A stretch of 64,000 nt of DNA from Terriglobia bacterium (GTDB lineage: Bacteria; Acidobacteriota; Terriglobia; 2-12-FULL-54-10). Numbering within the stretch: the stretch's first letter is position 1; every line of letters starts with the position of its first letter. The DNA lies in NCBI GenBank assembly GCA_963666975.2, contig CAXVYR010000003.1, forward strand, positions 1,304,577-1,368,576, given 5' to 3'. Below are positions 19,180 through 29,184 of the stretch, piece after piece. Position numbers and translations under genes: made by a program. Under the pieces are notes generated by a model. It was not told the origin of the DNA and did no database searches. It worked only from the letters and a program-made list of their open reading frames with translations.

Positions 19180-20862
19180 ATGGCAACCTTCATTCCATGG
19201 CGATGGAACCCCATTCTAGGAGAGTATGAAATCTCCGAGGGGAAGAAATACTGCGGCACCGGCGAGATTTCCGCTTTCGACGCGTTTCACAATAGCACTT
19301 TGGTTCTGCTGGGGGCCACAGGCTTTGTCGGGAAGGTGCTGCTCGCCATGATCTTCGACCGGATTCCAGAGTTGGGACGACTCGTGATTCAGGTCCGCCG
19401 AAAGAAAACGCTTTCCGGAGAACAGCGCTTCTACACCGAAATACTCCATTCCCCGCCCTTGCTCCCAACATTGCAAAAATTGGGAGAAAAACACATCCGT
19501 CAAAAGGTAACAATTGTCGAGGGTGACCTGAGCAATCCCTTCTGCGGCCTGCGTGAGCGGGAGTTGTCGGAACTGAAGGGAAAAGTCGACGTCGTCGTGA
19601 ACGCGGCGGGCCTGGTGGAATTCGATCCCCCGCTCAACGAATCGCTTCTGACGAATGTTTACGGGATTCGGAACCTCCTCGAATTGGTGCAATTCCTCGG
19701 CACCAAGCTGGTCCATATTTCCACCTGTTATGTGGGGGGAAAGAGGAGCGGACGGATCTCCGAGAACACTCCGATTGTCGGTTACTACCCTGGGAGAAAA
19801 GACGACCAGGACAACCGTTTCGATGTGATGCAGGAACTCGCCTGGTGTGAGAACTTCATTCGCGAAACAGAGCAGGGACGATTCGAAGGACAAGAACAAG
19901 GAAGCGAAGAAGCTCTGCCGGAAAACGAACAGCACGAGTCCCGCCGCCAGCTTCCTGCCCCTGCCACGGTTCGCGAAAAATTGCGCAAAGGCGGCACGGC
20001 GAGAGCCAACTCCTGGGGCTGGATCAACACCTACACCTATACGAAAAGCATCGGCGAGCAACTCCTCGCGCTGACGCCTAGTTTGGAGTATTGCATCGTG
20101 CGGCCGGCAATCGTTGAATCGGCCATGAGTTTCCCTTTCCCTGCCTGGAACGAAGGATTCACCACGTCGGCCCCGCTGGTTCTGCTGGGCGGAGAAGGCG
20201 TCAAGAGCTGGCCGGTCCGCAAGGACGGGCCGCTCGAAATCATCCCGGTCGATCTGGTTGCGGCGGGGATTTTGATCGCCACCGCAGCGACCCTTTGCGG
20301 CAAGCATGCGCCGGTTTATCAACTCGCCACTGCCTACGATAATCCGGTGATGATGCCCCGGCTGGTTGCCTTTCTCGGCATGAACGCCCGCTATAGACAC
20401 AAGCGCAAGAAAACCGGCAACCGGCTGATCAACATTTGGAAAACTTATGGGGAAACGCAGGTGGTCACGGTCGAACAACTCAAATCACAGCAGGCCCGCC
20501 TGCACCGCGTCTTGAACTTTTACCACGCCCTGCTCAACCTGCTCAAGCATATCCTGGGCAACAAGATTGTCGCTCCGCAACTGAAGAGTTTCCGGATGAC
20601 TCGCCGGCTGATCCGCCAGCAGGAACAACTGGTGGACAAGTTTCTCCCGTTCATGGTTCATAACACCTTTACCTTTGAGACCCGCAACATCCGCGAGACC
20701 TTCCGTAAACTGACGGACAAAGACCAGCAGCGGCTGACCTGGGATCCGGAAAACATCGACTGGGCTGATTACTGGGTCAACATCCACACCAAAGGAATTG
20801 ACAAGTGGATTCGCCCGCTCGTTGCCAGGCAGGAAAAGTCCCCCGATGGCGCGGCCCTCTGA
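19180..20862 (+). CDS. Fatty acyl-CoA reductase (male-sterility type extended SDR)
   Basis: LGATGFVGKV, HISTCYV, GWINTYTYTK, IVRPAIVES, IIPVDLV and the C-terminal sterile domain (IDWADYW). Confidence 0.9.
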   Translation: MATFIPWRWNPILGEYEISEGKKYCGTGEISAFDAFHNSTLVLLGATGFVGKVLLAMIFDRIPELGRLVIQVRRKKTLSGEQRFYTEILHSPPLLPTLQKLGEKHIRQKVTIVEGDLSNPFCGLRERELSELKGKVDVVVNAAGLVEFDPPLNESLLTNVYGIRNLLELVQFLGTKLVHISTCYVGGKRSGRISENTPIVGYYPGRKDDQDNRFDVMQELAWCENFIRETEQGRFEGQEQGSEEALPENEQHESRRQLPAPATVREKLRKGGTARANSWGWINTYTYTKSIGEQLLALTPSLEYCIVRPAIVESAMSFPFPAWNEGFTTSAPLVLLGGEGVKSWPVRKDGPLEIIPVDLVAAGILIATAATLCGKHAPVYQLATAYDNPVMMPRLVAFLGMNARYRHKRKKTGNRLINIWKTYGETQVVTVEQLKSQQARLHRVLNFYHALLNLLKHILGNKIVAPQLKSFRMTRRLIRQQEQLVDKFLPFMVHNTFTFETRNIRETFRKLTDKDQQRLTWDPENIDWADYWVNIHTKGIDKWIRPLVARQEKSPDGAAL

Positions 20863-20867
20863 CGCTC

Positions 20868-21887
20868 ATGAAGAAAATCCTTGTAACGGGGGCGACCGGT
20901 TTTCTGGGAACCCACTTGGTCGAGCGACTCCAAACACAGGCCCACCATGATCCCGACGGCCTCTCCGTCCGCGTCCTCTCCCGCCAAAAAAACCGTTGGG
21001 AAGGTGATCCGAAACTGGAAATCGTCTGCGGCGATATACTCGATGCTCAAACGGTAGATCGCGCCGTCGCAGGCGTTTCCGGAATTTTCCACCTTGCCGG
21101 CTCTGTTACGCGCGACCCCGCACAGGCTGCCGAGCTTTTTGACACTCACATTCGGGGAACGCGCAACCTTTGCGAAAGCGCGCGGGCCCACGGGAACCCG
21201 AGAATGATTATCGCCTCTTCCTCCGGAACCGTCGCAGTAAGCCGCAAGCCCATCCTGCACACCGAAGACGCGCCTTATTCCTACGACATTACGGGGCGCT
21301 GGCCTTACTACCTGAGCAAGATCTGCCAGGAAAAATTGGCGCTGTCTTATCATGCGCATCACAACCTTCCAGTCATTGTCCTGAATCCGTCCCTTCTTCT
21401 GGGACCGGGAGACGAGAGAAATTCCTCATCCGGCGACATTCAAGCGTTTCTGGACGGCTTCGCCACCAATATTCCAAACGGAGGAATGAATTTCGTCGAT
21501 GTTCGCGACGTAGCCGACGCTTTCATTGCCGCCATGCAGCTCGGCGTTCCGGGCCGCCGTTACCTTTTGGGCGGCCACAATATGACCGTCCAACAATTTT
21601 TTCAGCTGATCGAGCGTGTTACCGGCGTGCGCGGCCCGAGAGTCCGCCTCGCGGAAAACTGGGCCCGGCGCGGCGCGGCTGTTCTCCGCCGCATTTACGG
21701 ATGGCTGGGCCGCAGTTTCCCCATCGATGACTGCACGGCGGAGATGGCCTATCGTTTCTGGTATATCGACAACACGCGGGCACAGTCCGAATTGCGCTTC
21801 ACGCCGCGTCCCGCCGAAGATACTATTCGCGATACGGTAGAATTCTTACGCAGCAGAAAATCTCCCGCTCCTGGGAAGCAACCGTGA
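20868..21887 (+). CDS. NAD-dependent epimerase/dehydratase family protein (ElbE-like)
   Basis: ILVTGATGFLG, FHLAG, YYLSK, NPSLLLGPGD, FVDVRDVA. Confidence 0.9.
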   Translation: MKKILVTGATGFLGTHLVERLQTQAHHDPDGLSVRVLSRQKNRWEGDPKLEIVCGDILDAQTVDRAVAGVSGIFHLAGSVTRDPAQAAELFDTHIRGTRNLCESARAHGNPRMIIASSSGTVAVSRKPILHTEDAPYSYDITGRWPYYLSKICQEKLALSYHAHHNLPVIVLNPSLLLGPGDERNSSSGDIQAFLDGFATNIPNGGMNFVDVRDVADAFIAAMQLGVPGRRYLLGGHNMTVQQFFQLIERVTGVRGPRVRLAENWARRGAAVLRRIYGWLGRSFPIDDCTAEMAYRFWYIDNTRAQSELRFTPRPAEDTIRDTVEFLRSRKSPAPGKQP

Positions 21888-22843
21888 GCGAAAACGTCCA
21901 TCCGCCAGGAACCGGCAAAGGTTCGATTGCCGCGATTGTCAATCCGAGATCGGCCAGCGGAAAAACTGCCCGCGCCTGGGCCACCATTCGCCCGCACCTG
22001 GAGGCCACCCTGGGTCCGGTCCGGGTTTTGGAAACCACCGCTCCACAGCACGCCACCCGGTTGGCCGCCTCCGCCATACGCGAAGGGGTAAAAACAATCA
22101 TCGCCGTGGGAGGCGACGGGACGATTCATGAGGTGGCGAACGGATTCTTCGATCGTGACGGGCCAATCTCCCGCGATGCCGTGCTGGGAATCATCCCCCA
22201 AGGCACAGGATCGGATTTTCGGAGGACGCTGTCGATCCCGCTCGGCGCGAAGGAAGCCATCGATGTCATCCGCCGGGGTGTCACCAAACAGATTGACGCA
22301 GCAAAAGTCCGCTTCCAAACTCTGGAGGGAACCGGCGGCGAGCGGTATTGCTTCAATATTACGAGCTTTGGCGTGGGGGGGGTTGTGGCCGCGCGTGCGA
22401 ACCGATCATCGAAACGCCTGGGCGGCAAGCTGTCGTTTGCCCTCATCGCAGCCCGTACCGTCCCCTGGTTTCGCGGGAATACGGTGAGGCTCCGCCTCGA
22501 TGGAAAAGCGCTCCCGGAGACAACGATCACTCAAATTGCCGCCGGCAACGGACAATTTCATGGCGGAGGGATGTGGGTATGTCCGAGGGCAGTTCCCGAT
22601 GACGGGCTTTTGGACATCACCGTCATCCAGCATCTATCGGCGCTGCAATTTCTGCGCTCTTTCCCGGCCCTTTACAACGGAAAGCTGTACGAACATCCAA
22701 AGGTCGAATTCCATCGCGCATCCAGCGTGGAAGCCGTTTCGAACGACCAGAGTTTGATTGAAATCGACGGAGAACCGGTCGGCAGGCTTCCCCTGGAGAT
22801 TTCCGTTCTTCCCAAGGCAATTGCAGTTTATGTGCCCGGGTAA
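21884..22843 (+). CDS. Diacylglycerol/lipid kinase family protein (YegS/DgkB-like)
   Basis: VNPRSASG, GGDGTIHEV, GTGSDF, GGGM...P.A..DDG.LD, DGE. Confidence 0.92.
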   Translation: MSENVHPPGTGKGSIAAIVNPRSASGKTARAWATIRPHLEATLGPVRVLETTAPQHATRLAASAIREGVKTIIAVGGDGTIHEVANGFFDRDGPISRDAVLGIIPQGTGSDFRRTLSIPLGAKEAIDVIRRGVTKQIDAAKVRFQTLEGTGGERYCFNITSFGVGGVVAARANRSSKRLGGKLSFALIAARTVPWFRGNTVRLRLDGKALPETTITQIAAGNGQFHGGGMWVCPRAVPDDGLLDITVIQHLSALQFLRSFPALYNGKLYEHPKVEFHRASSVEAVSNDQSLIEIDGEPVGRLPLEISVLPKAIAVYVPG

Positions 22844-22891
22844 CCGGGAATGCAGGCCGGAACCCGAGCGCCGTTTTCTATTTTCCGGCTT

Positions 22892-23482
22892 CTAACGCTT
22901 CCCACCCGTCAGCAGTTCCCGCAGGTTCGATCTGTGGCGAATCACGATCAGAACCCAGGCAAAGAAAGCAAAAATCCCGGACTCAACTCCTCGGAAAAAT
23001 AGCACCGCCATGGCTATGGCGAACATTGTGGTGAGGGAGGCGATTGCGCCCTCCTGCGCCCAGCCAGCACGCCGGCCCGCCATCCGAAGCGTTGGATACA
23101 AGATCACACAGGCGCCCGTGTACAACGGCACGAGATAAAACAGCACGCCCAAAGTCGTTGCCACACCCTTGCCGCCTTTGAATCGCAAAAAAGGGCTCCA
23201 GCAATGCCCTGCCACCGAAGCCAAGCCCAGCAGCCAAAAAATCGTCGTGCTGTCTCCAGGCCTCGACAATAGTGCCAGCGCCACGAAGCCCTTCGACACG
23301 TCCCCGGCGAGGGTGATCCCCGCACGCAGCTTGAATCCCATACGCAGAACATTATTGAAGCCGGGATTCTTGGAGCCTACCTGCGTGATATCAATCCCCG
23401 TCCCCCACATGGAAACCACGGCGAAGGGAATAGCTCCAATCAGCAAGCTGAGAAGGATTCTGGCGATATCGAAAAAATCCAT
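22892..23482 (-). CDS. plsY: Glycerol-3-phosphate acyltransferase PlsY-like
   Basis: GAIPF, GSKNPGFNN (motif 1, normally GSGN.GATN), D..KG, GH..SPFL.FKGGKGVAT, RH.SN. Confidence 0.88.
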   Translation of the reverse strand: MDFFDIARILLSLLIGAIPFAVVSMWGTGIDITQVGSKNPGFNNVLRMGFKLRAGITLAGDVSKGFVALALLSRPGDSTTIFWLLGLASVAGHCWSPFLRFKGGKGVATTLGVLFYLVPLYTGACVILYPTLRMAGRRAGWAQEGAIASLTTMFAIAMAVLFFRGVESGIFAFFAWVLIVIRHRSNLRELLTGGKR

Positions 23483-23553
23483 TTTGAAAACCAGGGACAA
23501 CTCACTTCACTATTTGAATGAATGAGATTAAGGATGAAGCTTCAAGGAATTGT

Positions 23554-24666
23554 TTAACCCCAAATCTGGCTGGCTATCTCGACGACTAGACGGAGTTTTT
23601 GTTTTTCCACATCCAGCGTTACCGGCCTGCTTCCCACGCTGGTGCCAAAGCCGCATTGCGGACTGATCGCCAGCCTTTCGAGCGGGACAAACCGGCTTGC
23701 CTCGTCCACTCTTTTCTTCAACAAGTCAGCCTGCTCCATATCGGGCGTTTTACTGCTCACCAGGCCCAGCACCACCAATTTTGTGGAAGGCACGTGCTTA
23801 AGCGGACTGAAGTCACCGGCGCGGGGGCCATCGTACTCCAGAAAGAACGCATCCACATTCAGATTGTTGAACAGCCGGTCGGCAACTGCTTCATAGCTCC
23901 CTTCCGAGAGCCAGCTTGCTTTGTAGTTTCCGCGGCAAAGATGCATTCCCACCGTTAACTGTTCCGGTTTGTCTTTAACAACAGCGTTGACGATATCAAT
24001 ATATTTCTCCCGCAGCATTTCAGGGTCCCTGCCACGGCTTCGCACCGCAGCCTGAATTTTCGGGTCGCAGAGCATGGCCAGGGGGACCTCGTCGATCTGC
24101 AGGTACCGCATTCCGAGCGAGACCAGTTCGGCCACCTCCTCGCGATAGACACGAACGAGATCGGCGAAAAATTCCTCCTCATCGGCATAGGCCGATTGCT
24201 CCACCGCTTCGCCGCAACGAAAAAAATGTATCGTGGAGGGCGACGGCATAGTGACTTTCGGCGTGCGCTGGGTGTTTCCCTGGAGGAACCGGAACTCTTC
24301 GGTCGATATGCCCCGCTCGCGCTTGAGCTTGCCCGCTATATGAGGAGCATTGAAGTGAAGCTTCTTGCCGTTCTTGTCGGTGAAGTTGAAAACCGCTTCC
24401 TTGTCTGTGATCCCGGTCACGGCCTCGATGAAGTGGCTGAAATAGGAACCCCGCCGAAACTCACCGTCGGTGACCGCCTGTAATCCGGCCTCCTCCTGCA
24501 AGCGGATCACATCCCGGATCAAATTTTCCTGCACTTCACGAAAACCCTCGGCGGTCAGATTGCCGGTTGCGAGGGAGCGATGCGCTTCAATCAACTCGTG
24601 CGGGCGAAGCAGACTGCCGATGTGTTCCGCGCGAAAGGGAGGATTGCTTTTAGCTTGAGTTGTCAT
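23554..24666 (-). CDS. Cobalamin-independent methionine synthase II family protein (MetE C-terminal-only)
   Basis: RAEHIGSLLRP, TDGEFRR, zinc ligands HLCRGN, LEYD, SPQCGF. Confidence 0.9.
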   Translation of the reverse strand: MTTQAKSNPPFRAEHIGSLLRPHELIEAHRSLATGNLTAEGFREVQENLIRDVIRLQEEAGLQAVTDGEFRRGSYFSHFIEAVTGITDKEAVFNFTDKNGKKLHFNAPHIAGKLKRERGISTEEFRFLQGNTQRTPKVTMPSPSTIHFFRCGEAVEQSAYADEEEFFADLVRVYREEVAELVSLGMRYLQIDEVPLAMLCDPKIQAAVRSRGRDPEMLREKYIDIVNAVVKDKPEQLTVGMHLCRGNYKASWLSEGSYEAVADRLFNNLNVDAFFLEYDGPRAGDFSPLKHVPSTKLVVLGLVSSKTPDMEQADLLKKRVDEASRFVPLERLAISPQCGFGTSVGSRPVTLDVEKQKLRLVVEIASQIWG

Positions 24667-24763
24667 ATCCTTACTCTCCTCGTTCACTACTCTATTATTT
24701 ATTTGGCCTCGTCTCCATTCCGCCAACCCGACTCCATTCCCCGGGGGCGCAAAATGCCGACAC

Positions 24764-26110
24764 TCAACTTTCCATCTGGTAGATCGTCAGACCGGAGAGC
24801 AATTTGGGATAGAAATCCGTGGACTTTTGCGGCAACACGCGGCCCTCCAATGCAACGTCCCGCACCTGCTGCAATTTCACGGGATTCAAAAAGAAGCAGG
24901 CTTGCGCTTTGCCTCCGGCGACTTTCTCCGCGCCTTCCTCGAACTCCCGGACATAGGTAATCCATTTTTCGTCCCGCACCGCCTCTTCGTCCATCTCCAA
25001 ACAGATTCGGAAAGCAATCTGGTGCAAGATGGTCACATCCAAAGACCGCTGCGCCGGGGAAAGCTCCGGCAACAAGCTCGCACGGTCCACGCCCTCCCGC
25101 AATTGCAGCAGATAGAAAGCCTCCTTATCCGCAAACAGCGCGGCAACCGCCGTCAACCCGCCGGCGGCGGCGGCGGCCAGTTCCGCCTGCAATCTCTGCA
25201 TCACGGACCGCCTCTGGTCTGGTCCGGAATAAGCGTATTCCCGGCCTGTAAAATAGCGGGCGGCACGCGAAAGAAATCCCGCGCTGCTGAACTCCGGAAT
25301 TCCGGAAAGCAAACGATGGGTCGGCAAGACGGGAATCCCTTTCGACTCCATATTGATGAAAGTCATCATCACCTTCGAGCAGTCCGACGGTCCCTCATGC
25401 GGACGGCTGGCCTGGCACTCCCGCTGAAAGGCCAGGGCCGTTTCATACCGATGATGCCCGTCGGCGATAATCAACTGCTTGTCGCTCATGGCATGCTGAA
25501 TCGCCTGCACTTGCTCCGGGTCGTCGATATCCCAGAGCGAGTGAATTACGCCGAAATCGTCTGTGACGCGGGTTGCCGGGGATTTGGCAGCCTCGACTTC
25601 CAGGAGGCGGTCGACCATTCGCTCAGGATCACTGTACACCATGAAGATTTGGCCAAAGTGGGCACGCGTCGCGCGCAACAACTCCAGCCGGTCCAGCTTA
25701 GGTCCGGAAAGAGTCTGCTCGTGGCGGAATACTACTCCGCTGTCATAGGATTCCAGATTGCCCAAGCCGATGAAGCCTCTCCGAACCAGTGTAGTGTCGT
25801 TGGATGCCCCAGGCGGATGAAACTCCTGAAAGTAAGCGTACAGTGCCGGGCGCTTGCGTTGAAGAAGCACCCCTTGCTCGCGCCATTTTTGGAGATACGC
25901 AGAGGCACGAGTGTAAACATTATCGGCGGGAGAGTCTCCCTCCCATGCCTTCCCCTTGAGGATATAAGCCAGGTTGTAGGGACTGCGCTGCCAGTACACC
26001 TGCTGCATCTGGGGCGTTATTTTGTCGTAGGGCTGCGTGAGGACTTTATCCAGCCCTCCCACCCGTTGGGCGTCGTAACGAATCGCTGCAAACGGAGAAA
26101 CCACTGCCAT
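24764..26110 (-). CDS. DUF1015 family protein
   Basis: PYDKI, HE.TL.GPK.DR, IADGHHRYETA, LPTHR, PQKSTDFYPK. Confidence 0.9.
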   Translation of the reverse strand: MAVVSPFAAIRYDAQRVGGLDKVLTQPYDKITPQMQQVYWQRSPYNLAYILKGKAWEGDSPADNVYTRASAYLQKWREQGVLLQRKRPALYAYFQEFHPPGASNDTTLVRRGFIGLGNLESYDSGVVFRHEQTLSGPKLDRLELLRATRAHFGQIFMVYSDPERMVDRLLEVEAAKSPATRVTDDFGVIHSLWDIDDPEQVQAIQHAMSDKQLIIADGHHRYETALAFQRECQASRPHEGPSDCSKVMMTFINMESKGIPVLPTHRLLSGIPEFSSAGFLSRAARYFTGREYAYSGPDQRRSVMQRLQAELAAAAAGGLTAVAALFADKEAFYLLQLREGVDRASLLPELSPAQRSLDVTILHQIAFRICLEMDEEAVRDEKWITYVREFEEGAEKVAGGKAQACFFLNPVKLQQVRDVALEGRVLPQKSTDFYPKLLSGLTIYQMES

Positions 26111-26218
26111 AGATTCACACCTTCAGAACTTGAAATCTGCCGGGACGGAGCAGTATTCGAAGCTGAGATTTTTGAAACGGCGGTCGAAGCTGCGGGTGGA
26201 AGCGTTTCCGAAACCGAA

Positions 26219-27598
26219 TCAATGGGCAGCCAAAGAACAGATGGCCGCTGCCAGCGACTCATCCTGCTCCGGAAGGACGGTGCGGAGGTCCAGCAAGACA
26301 GCGCCCGATTCTACCCTTACAATCACCGGAGGTTGCCAAGACCGCAGGCGGCCTTCCAGCAACGTGGCATTTTCCCCGTCATGCTGCAGGGCTATCAGGC
26401 GGGTGGGGAGCGTTTGCCCCGGGGCCGAGCCGCCTCCAATCACCGATTCGCCGTCCTTCAGCTCCAGACGCAATGGCCCGTTCTGACAGCGCGCACAGGA
26501 TTCCAGCAATCGCTTGGCGCGGCCCTCCAGTTCCGAAACCGGAAGATCGATCATCCGAAAGACCGGAATTTGGTGGAGCTGATCTTGCAAATAAGCCAGC
26601 AAGGTGGTTTCCAGGACCGCATAAGTCAGCTTGTCCACCCGCAGCGCCCGAAACAACGGGTTGCGGCGAATTTGCTGGACAAAATCCTTCTTCCCGGCGA
26701 TCACGCCGGCCTGCGGCCCGCCCAACAGCTTGTCACCGCTGAAACTCACCACATCCACACCCGCGGCCAGGCTCATCGCAACGGTGGGTTCCTCGGCAAT
26801 GCCCCGGGAAGCCAGCGATACCAGACAACCGCTGCCCAGGTCTTCAAACACCGGGATTCCGGCTTCCCTGCCCAGATCGACAACCTCATCGAGCGCCGGT
26901 TTTTCCGTGAATCCCGTGATCCGGAAGTTGCTGGGATGCACGCGCAGGAGAAGTTTGGTTTTCTCGCTGAGCGCATTCCGGTAGTCGGCAATGCGCGTGC
27001 GGTTGGTGGCGCCCACCTCGCGCAGCACCGCCCCGCTCTTCCGCATGATGTCCGGGATGCGGAACGCCTCCCCGATTTCAACCAACTCTCCGCGCGATAC
27101 GATGACCTCGCCGCCCTCGGCCAGCGTGTTGAGAGTAATCAGCACGGCCGCTGCATTGTTGTTCACTACAATCGCGCCGGGGGCGCCCAGCAACTCTTGC
27201 AAGCGCAGGGACACATGCACGTCCCGCTCTCCTCTGCGGCCGGCAGACAGGTCGTATTCCAGATTGGAGTATTGGGTGGCCACCTCCAGGGCGTGTTCCA
27301 GCGCCTCGCGGGCCAGCGGAGCGCGCCCCAGATTGGTGTGAAGAACAACCCCAGTGGCATTGATGACGGGACGCAGCGAGCAAGCGGCCGCCTGTTCCAC
27401 GGCCCCGCTGATGCGGGTTTCGAGAAGCGTCTCCGACAGGGGCTCGGTCCGGGGCCACCGGCCATCGCGGATTTGCTGGCGGAAACCGGCCAGCACCTCC
27501 CGCACGCGGACGGTCACAAACTTCCGTCCCAGTTTTTCTCCCAGCTCCCGGATTACCGGCCGATTCAAGATTTCTTCCACAGCAGGAATCTGCCGCAA
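26219..27598 (-). CDS. selA: L-seryl-tRNA(Sec) selenium transferase
   Basis: VINATGVVLHTNLGRA, VNNNAAAV, SRGELVEIG..FRIPD, EVGATNRT, EDLGSG, FSGDKLLGGPQAG. The frame stays open upstream to about 27679, so the start may be earlier. Confidence 0.96.
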   Translation of the reverse strand: MRQIPAVEEILNRPVIRELGEKLGRKFVTVRVREVLAGFRQQIRDGRWPRTEPLSETLLETRISGAVEQAAACSLRPVINATGVVLHTNLGRAPLAREALEHALEVATQYSNLEYDLSAGRRGERDVHVSLRLQELLGAPGAIVVNNNAAAVLITLNTLAEGGEVIVSRGELVEIGEAFRIPDIMRKSGAVLREVGATNRTRIADYRNALSEKTKLLLRVHPSNFRITGFTEKPALDEVVDLGREAGIPVFEDLGSGCLVSLASRGIAEEPTVAMSLAAGVDVVSFSGDKLLGGPQAGVIAGKKDFVQQIRRNPLFRALRVDKLTYAVLETTLLAYLQDQLHQIPVFRMIDLPVSELEGRAKRLLESCARCQNGPLRLELKDGESVIGGGSAPGQTLPTRLIALQHDGENATLLEGRLRSWQPPVIVRVESGAVLLDLRTVLPEQDESLAAAICSLAAH

Positions 27599-28037
27599 TA
27601 ATTCTTCCAGGCCGGGCGGCCGTGCATCCGCCGCCGGGATGCTACTTGCACGCTTTGCCTTCGCTTTGGGAATGTGCAGCCCCCCCGAATCGGAATTCCG
27701 ACTTTTATACTGGTAAATAGAAACTAGCTGGGACGCTAGAAATTGCAGCCAGGGTTCAAAGCTAGAGCTTCAAAGCTAGAGCTTCAAAAAGCAAATTGTA
27801 TGCACTACAAGTTGTATGCACTAAATGTTACCAGCGAGATATTGCCAGCCGTACCAGAGTGCGCTGAAGCCTTCATTCTACGGGGATATCAACGCATTTC
27901 CCTTCCCCCCCGTGACGCCCCATGCACTTACGTAACACCGGTATTCTAACACCCGCGGTATTCAAACACTAGTTACTGTGCTCGTCCCGTAACAGCGCGT
28001 CGCGCCGCCTAACAGGTTGTTGAAAAACACCATTTAC

Positions 28038-28140
28038 CCGCTCCCTCACCCCTCGGCTTCGCTCGGGGCAGGCTCTCGCGGCTCGGAATTGGCGTGCTGA
28101 TTTGGCTGCACTTACCGAGCCGCGCGCGTTAGCAAGCGGG
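28038..28140. repeat. REP pair (ccgctcc...gcggctcgg family) with nested UUCG hairpin
   Basis: ccgctccctca[cccctcggcttcgctcggggcaggct]ctcgcggctcgg ... ccgagccgcg..agcgg; another copy at about 28229-28257. Confidence 0.7.
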
Positions 28141-28274
28141 TAAAAAATAATGATGAGTGCCGAGTAACAAGTAATATCCAACATACCGGTGCCTTTGCTC
28201 GCCACTCGTCACTTGTCACAGATTTAACCCGCTCCCTGACGGTCGCGGCTCGGATTGGTATTCCAACAAACTTT

Positions 28275-29035
28275 TCACTGAAACACCGACCGAATCTCGC
28301 CGGTGATGCGGAGCAACTCCAGCCGGGCCCTTTCCGTCTGGTATCCCACCTCCAAAAAGTTCAGCCAGCTTTCGTTTTCCGCAAAGCGGGCTTGCTCCAA
28401 AACCAGCCGGTTCATTCTGCCCTCTTCGTACTGCGCCAGCGTCGCGCCCAGCGTACTCCGCGCCAACTCCAGCTCCAGCCGGGCGACTTCCTGAGCCGCT
28501 GCTTGCTGCTCCGTCTCGCCCATCAGTTCCCTGACCTGCCGGGCGATGCCAGCGCGGGCGCTGCTCAGCCGGTAACGGGCGGCGGCCAGTTCCGCTTCCG
28601 CCTTGGACAGGCGGGCAGAAAACCGGGCGCGGTCATACAAAGGCATCACCACGGAAATGCCAAAGGTCGCGTTGTGGCGGGCGAGTTTTTGGAAGAAATC
28701 GGAGAAGTTGTTGATGTCGCTAAACAAACCGTACTTGCCCACCAGATTCACACGCGGCCAGCGGCTCCCTTGCTCGCTCTGCACCTGGAACTCCCGAGCG
28801 CGTACTTGCGCCTCTAGCGACTTGATCCCTTCATTGTTGCCGACGGCCTTCTCGACCGCCCCCCTGTCGTCTTGTTTTTGTCTCATCTTCGTTCCTTTCA
28901 GTCTCTACGATGAGCCAAAAACATCACCTTAACAATTAACCTCTATCTGTCCAACATGCCCTGACGAGGTACACCTGCCACCAGTATGATGAGTGCCAAA
29001 AATAGCCCGAGGCGACGAAATTTACCAGTTGCCAT
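28275..29035 (-). pseudogene. TolC-family outer membrane efflux protein, disrupted by an IS end plus internal deletion
   Basis: Signal peptide MATGKFRRLGLFLALIILVAG (29035-28974), then IS left end (28973-28842), then TolC C-terminal half (WPRVNL.G...GISVVMPLYD...AQYEEG...ARLELL). Confidence 0.75.
28842..28973 (-). mobile_element. Left-end remnant of the IS found at 36427-38076
   Basis: Reverse complement is near-identical to 36427-36558, including the TGT terminus and MRQKQDDRGAVEKAV. Confidence 0.9.
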
Positions 29036-29184
29036 GGGAATTGACCGGGAAAACCTCCCATTTTGAAGTATAGCAAAGTTCCCTTCCCGGCCATGACTGG
29101 CGGTATGCTTTTTTGCCGTGCCCGCTCTTGCGGAACTTCTCAAGACCGAATCGGTTCAAAGACTAAAGAAAAGGAGTCAGCAGC

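Noticed and set aside
24827-27601. 924-aa plus-strand ORF
   Set aside because: Antisense shadow of DUF1015 and selA; no recognisable motifs.
27756-28260. Possible CRISPR array among the short repeats (also 36875-37052 and 38393-38485)
   Set aside because: No repeat-spacer periodicity, only 2-3 tandem copies, and no cas genes.
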